A stretch of DNA of 64,000 bases from Candidatus Omnitrophota bacterium. GTDB taxonomy: Bacteria > Omnitrophota > Gorgyraeia > B26-G9. Below, piece after piece: positions 63,170-64,000 of the stretch. The position numbers were made by a program, and so were the translations under genes. The DNA is taken from the NCBI GenBank assembly GCA_018895275.1, contig JAHIOQ010000032.1, positions 176-64,175 of the forward strand. The letters are read 5' to 3'. Within the stretch, counting starts at the first letter, position 1. Each line of letters begins with the position of its first letter. The notes under the pieces are model-generated. The model was not told where the DNA came from. It searched no databases and saw nothing but the letters and a program-made list of their open reading frames with translations.

Positions 63170-64000
63170 ATGCATAAAGGGAGAAAACGTCTAAACGAAC
63201 TTTTGCTGGATTATAACCTGATTGATGCAAAAGATGTCAGCCGGGCATTGGCGTTACATCATAAAAAGGGCGGACAGCTGGCGACAATACTGGTTGAAGA
63301 GGGGTTTGTTAAGGAGGAGGATATTGTTAATTGCTTCTGCCGTTACTTAAATATTCCTCCGATCAATCTCTCAAAATTTAAAGGCAGAGAAGAAATAATT
63401 AAGATCATCCCTGAGCATGTAGCGCGCCACTATCGCTTGATATGTGTTTCGCAGACAGGAAACATGCTCACCGTGGCTATGAGCGACCCTTTAAATGTGC
63501 TGGCCATAGATGATATTAAGGCCCTCACCGGCTACGACATCACCCCGGTTGTTGCGCCTCTCAATGATATCAGTACCGCTATAGACCGCTTTTATCATCA
63601 TAAGGAAGAAGCAAAAGCAAGCGGGTCTTTGGGTGATCTTGTTAAGGAGATTTCCGATGAGGATATTCAAATCGTAAAAGAGCAGGAGCAAATAGACATC
63701 GGCGAAGTAATCCGTTCCAGTTCGGAAGCGCCGATTGTCAAAATGATTGATGCCTTGATAGCCGAAGCCTTGATAAAACGCGCTTCCGATATACATATAG
63801 AGCCGTATGAGACGGATATTCGCATACGGTATCGGATTGACGGGTCATTGAGCGAAGCGGTGCGCCTGCCGAAAAAGGTACAAAATGCGATAACCGCGCG
63901 CCTGAAAATAATGTCGAATATGGATATTACACAGCGGCTTATCCCTCAGGACGGAAGATTTAAGGTCAAGCTGGAAGAAAAAGAGGTTGATTTTCGCGTT
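63170..64000 (+). CDS. pilB: type IV pilus assembly ATPase PilB/GspE family (copy 2, 3' end outside the window)
   Basis: Not in the ORF track because it is open to the window edge. My translation is MHKGRKRLNELLLDYNLIDAKDV...LTVAMSDPLNVLAIDDIK...ASDIHIEPYETDIRIRYRIDG...IPQDGRFKV. A GGAAGGGAG RBS is present. Confidence 0.85.
   Translation, partial: MHKGRKRLNELLLDYNLIDAKDVSRALALHHKKGGQLATILVEEGFVKEEDIVNCFCRYLNIPPINLSKFKGREEIIKIIPEHVARHYRLICVSQTGNMLTVAMSDPLNVLAIDDIKALTGYDITPVVAPLNDISTAIDRFYHHKEEAKASGSLGDLVKEISDEDIQIVKEQEQIDIGEVIRSSSEAPIVKMIDALIAEALIKRASDIHIEPYETDIRIRYRIDGSLSEAVRLPKKVQNAITARLKIMSNMDITQRLIPQDGRFKVKLEEKEVDFRV

Overview
The window is a 64-kb bacterial chromosomal segment, about 90% coding. 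I guess it comes from an uncultivated anaerobe, but I cannot verify the taxonomy without a search.

Housekeeping blocks that I recognise from protein motifs:
- leuS
- gmhB, NIL-ferredoxin, GNAT, leuC, leuD, leuB, asd, truA
- aroA
- mreB, mreC, mreD, mrdA, rodA
- an Opp/Dpp-type ABC importer
- an NfeD/NfeD/FloA flotillin operon
- tRNA-Leu(CAA) and tRNA-Ala(GGC)

Accessory and repeat-dense parts:
1. Bases 1-7300 hold a cell-surface module. It contains a leader resembling a c-di-GMP-I (GEMM-I) riboswitch, with a terminator/antiterminator and an AGCTCAT microsatellite inside the aptamer. This leader sits in front of an 823-aa secreted repeat protein that ends in a Cys-Phe-Ile box. An exosortase follows, then a sigma-54-type promoter, a sugar transferase and two PEP-CTERM proteins, the last three bracketed by 75-bp inverted repeats.
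2. An IS630-family element carries an A_AAA_AAG -1 frameshift site.
3. A sigma-54 activator lacks a receiver domain.
4. A Hel308/Ski2-like helicase lies divergent to a PAC2-family protein.
5. A minimal rnfC-rnfD-rnfB cluster, with no rnfG/E/A, is translationally coupled to a DUF4445/ASKHA ATPase.
6. A 3.6-kb islet carries PrlF/YhaV toxin-antitoxin and a frameshifted secreted protein. It is inserted exactly at a comEA/comEC junction and flanked by 23-bp direct repeats.
7. A type IV pilus ATPase cluster runs pilT, response regulator, pilT, a standalone 4x MshEN-motif protein, pilB, pilB.

Several short intergenic repeat families recur: AGCTCAT heptamers, ACGAAG-core words, and CCCGRATATTTCA-ended hairpins placed at stop codons.

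All calls rest on reading the sequence and the ORF translations. No database search was run. Start codons are often ambiguous.
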